Of a stretch of DNA of 64,000 nt, positions 63,229 to 64,000 are shown piece by piece. The translations under genes were made by a program, and so were the position numbers. Numbering within the stretch: the stretch's first letter is position 1; each line of letters starts with the position of its first letter. The notes under the pieces were generated by a model, which saw nothing but the letters and a program-made list of their open reading frames with translations, was not told where the DNA came from and did no database searches. The DNA is taken from NCBI GenBank assembly GCA_964016885.1, contig OZ024744.1, positions 40,610,001-40,674,000 of the forward strand. The letters are read 5' to 3'. This DNA is from Eledone cirrhosa (lineage: Eukaryota).

Positions 63229-63551
63229 AACAACAACTTCATCACCACCTCATATAACAACACCATAATCACCGTCAGCACCAACATCATCAACACCTTC
63301 ACTACCATCATCACCACCATCACCAAGCCCAGCACTATCATCACCATTTCTGATACCACTGACAACAAAAAGATTTCCATCAATAACAACACTATTAATA
63401 GCACTATCACCCACAACAATACCATCACTATCACAATGATTACTATCACCACCACCACCAACAAGAACAACATTATCGCCTCCATCACTGACACCTACGA
63501 TGATAACTGTTAACTATTTGTTAGTTTGAATGAATCAGCAACAACTGTATT

Positions 63552-63670
63552 GGCATGTGACCTCGTGGTAAGTGTGTTGGACTTACGATCATAATGTTGT
63601 CGGTTCGATTCTTGGGCAGGTTTATGTGTTGTGCTCTTGAGCATTATACGTTGCTTCAGTATCTTCAATG
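63552..63670 (+). mobile_element. Family-2 SINE head fragment
   Basis: GGTTCGATTC B-box and CTTGAGCA central motif, similar to 36306-36420. Confidence 0.55.
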
Positions 63671-63821
63671 AAAATGAGTACCAGAGGGAAGTCTTGTACT
63701 CTCAGTTGCTTCACACAATAAAACCGGGATAAACACCGGCCTAACAAGCCTTCTGGCTTAAGACAGACTTTAAGATGTATTACAGCAGTACCAACTACAA
63801 CCATTTTCATTACTGGTATTA

Positions 63822-64000
63822 ATAATTGTTTCTACTTTTGGCACAAGGCCAGTAATTAACCAGTACATTACTGGTACTTTATTTTATCGACCCCGTAAGG
63901 ATGAAAGGCAAAGTTAACCTCGGCGGGATTTGAACTCAGAATGGCAAGGGCCGTAACTCTATGCGTCAAAGCATGGCGTCCGACCCTCTACCGATACTGC
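63822..64000 (-). mobile_element. Family-1 SINE, running off the window edge
   Basis: Close to consensus reverse complement. Confidence 0.9.

Noticed and set aside
63180-63494. Hydrophobic 104-aa ORF
   Set aside because: Antisense of a CAC/CAT low-complexity tract running into a SINE

Overview
AT-rich eukaryotic (animal) DNA made almost entirely of repeats; I cannot support any host protein-coding gene. The dominant tRNA-derived SINE and the RTE-type LINE resemble, from memory and unverified, families abundant in octopod cephalopod genomes. Bases ~4740-33770 are a four-copy tandem segmental array. Copies A and B are near-identical 5.34-kb units. Copies C and D additionally carry a CR1 LINE and a deleted Gypsy element. 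The unit is built from a decayed Tx1/L1-clade LINE, a ~100-bp-arm hairpin, a CRE-clade endonuclease fragment and a SINE, with fold-back, templated-insertion and microhomology junctions. The rest of the window holds a Penelope element, a near full-length RTE LINE with a PHD-like finger, a ~220-bp two-linker satellite interrupted by a non-coding LTR element, a deleted hAT transposon, an inverted SINE-plus-flank duplication, a compact full-structure Gypsy element, TTAA MITEs and several minimal hammerhead-ribozyme-like motifs. The best leads are a 394-bp structured insertion with a 36-bp target duplication, the hammerhead motifs (one directly abutting the satellite) and the long hairpins. All calls were made by eye; many outer boundaries are approximate.
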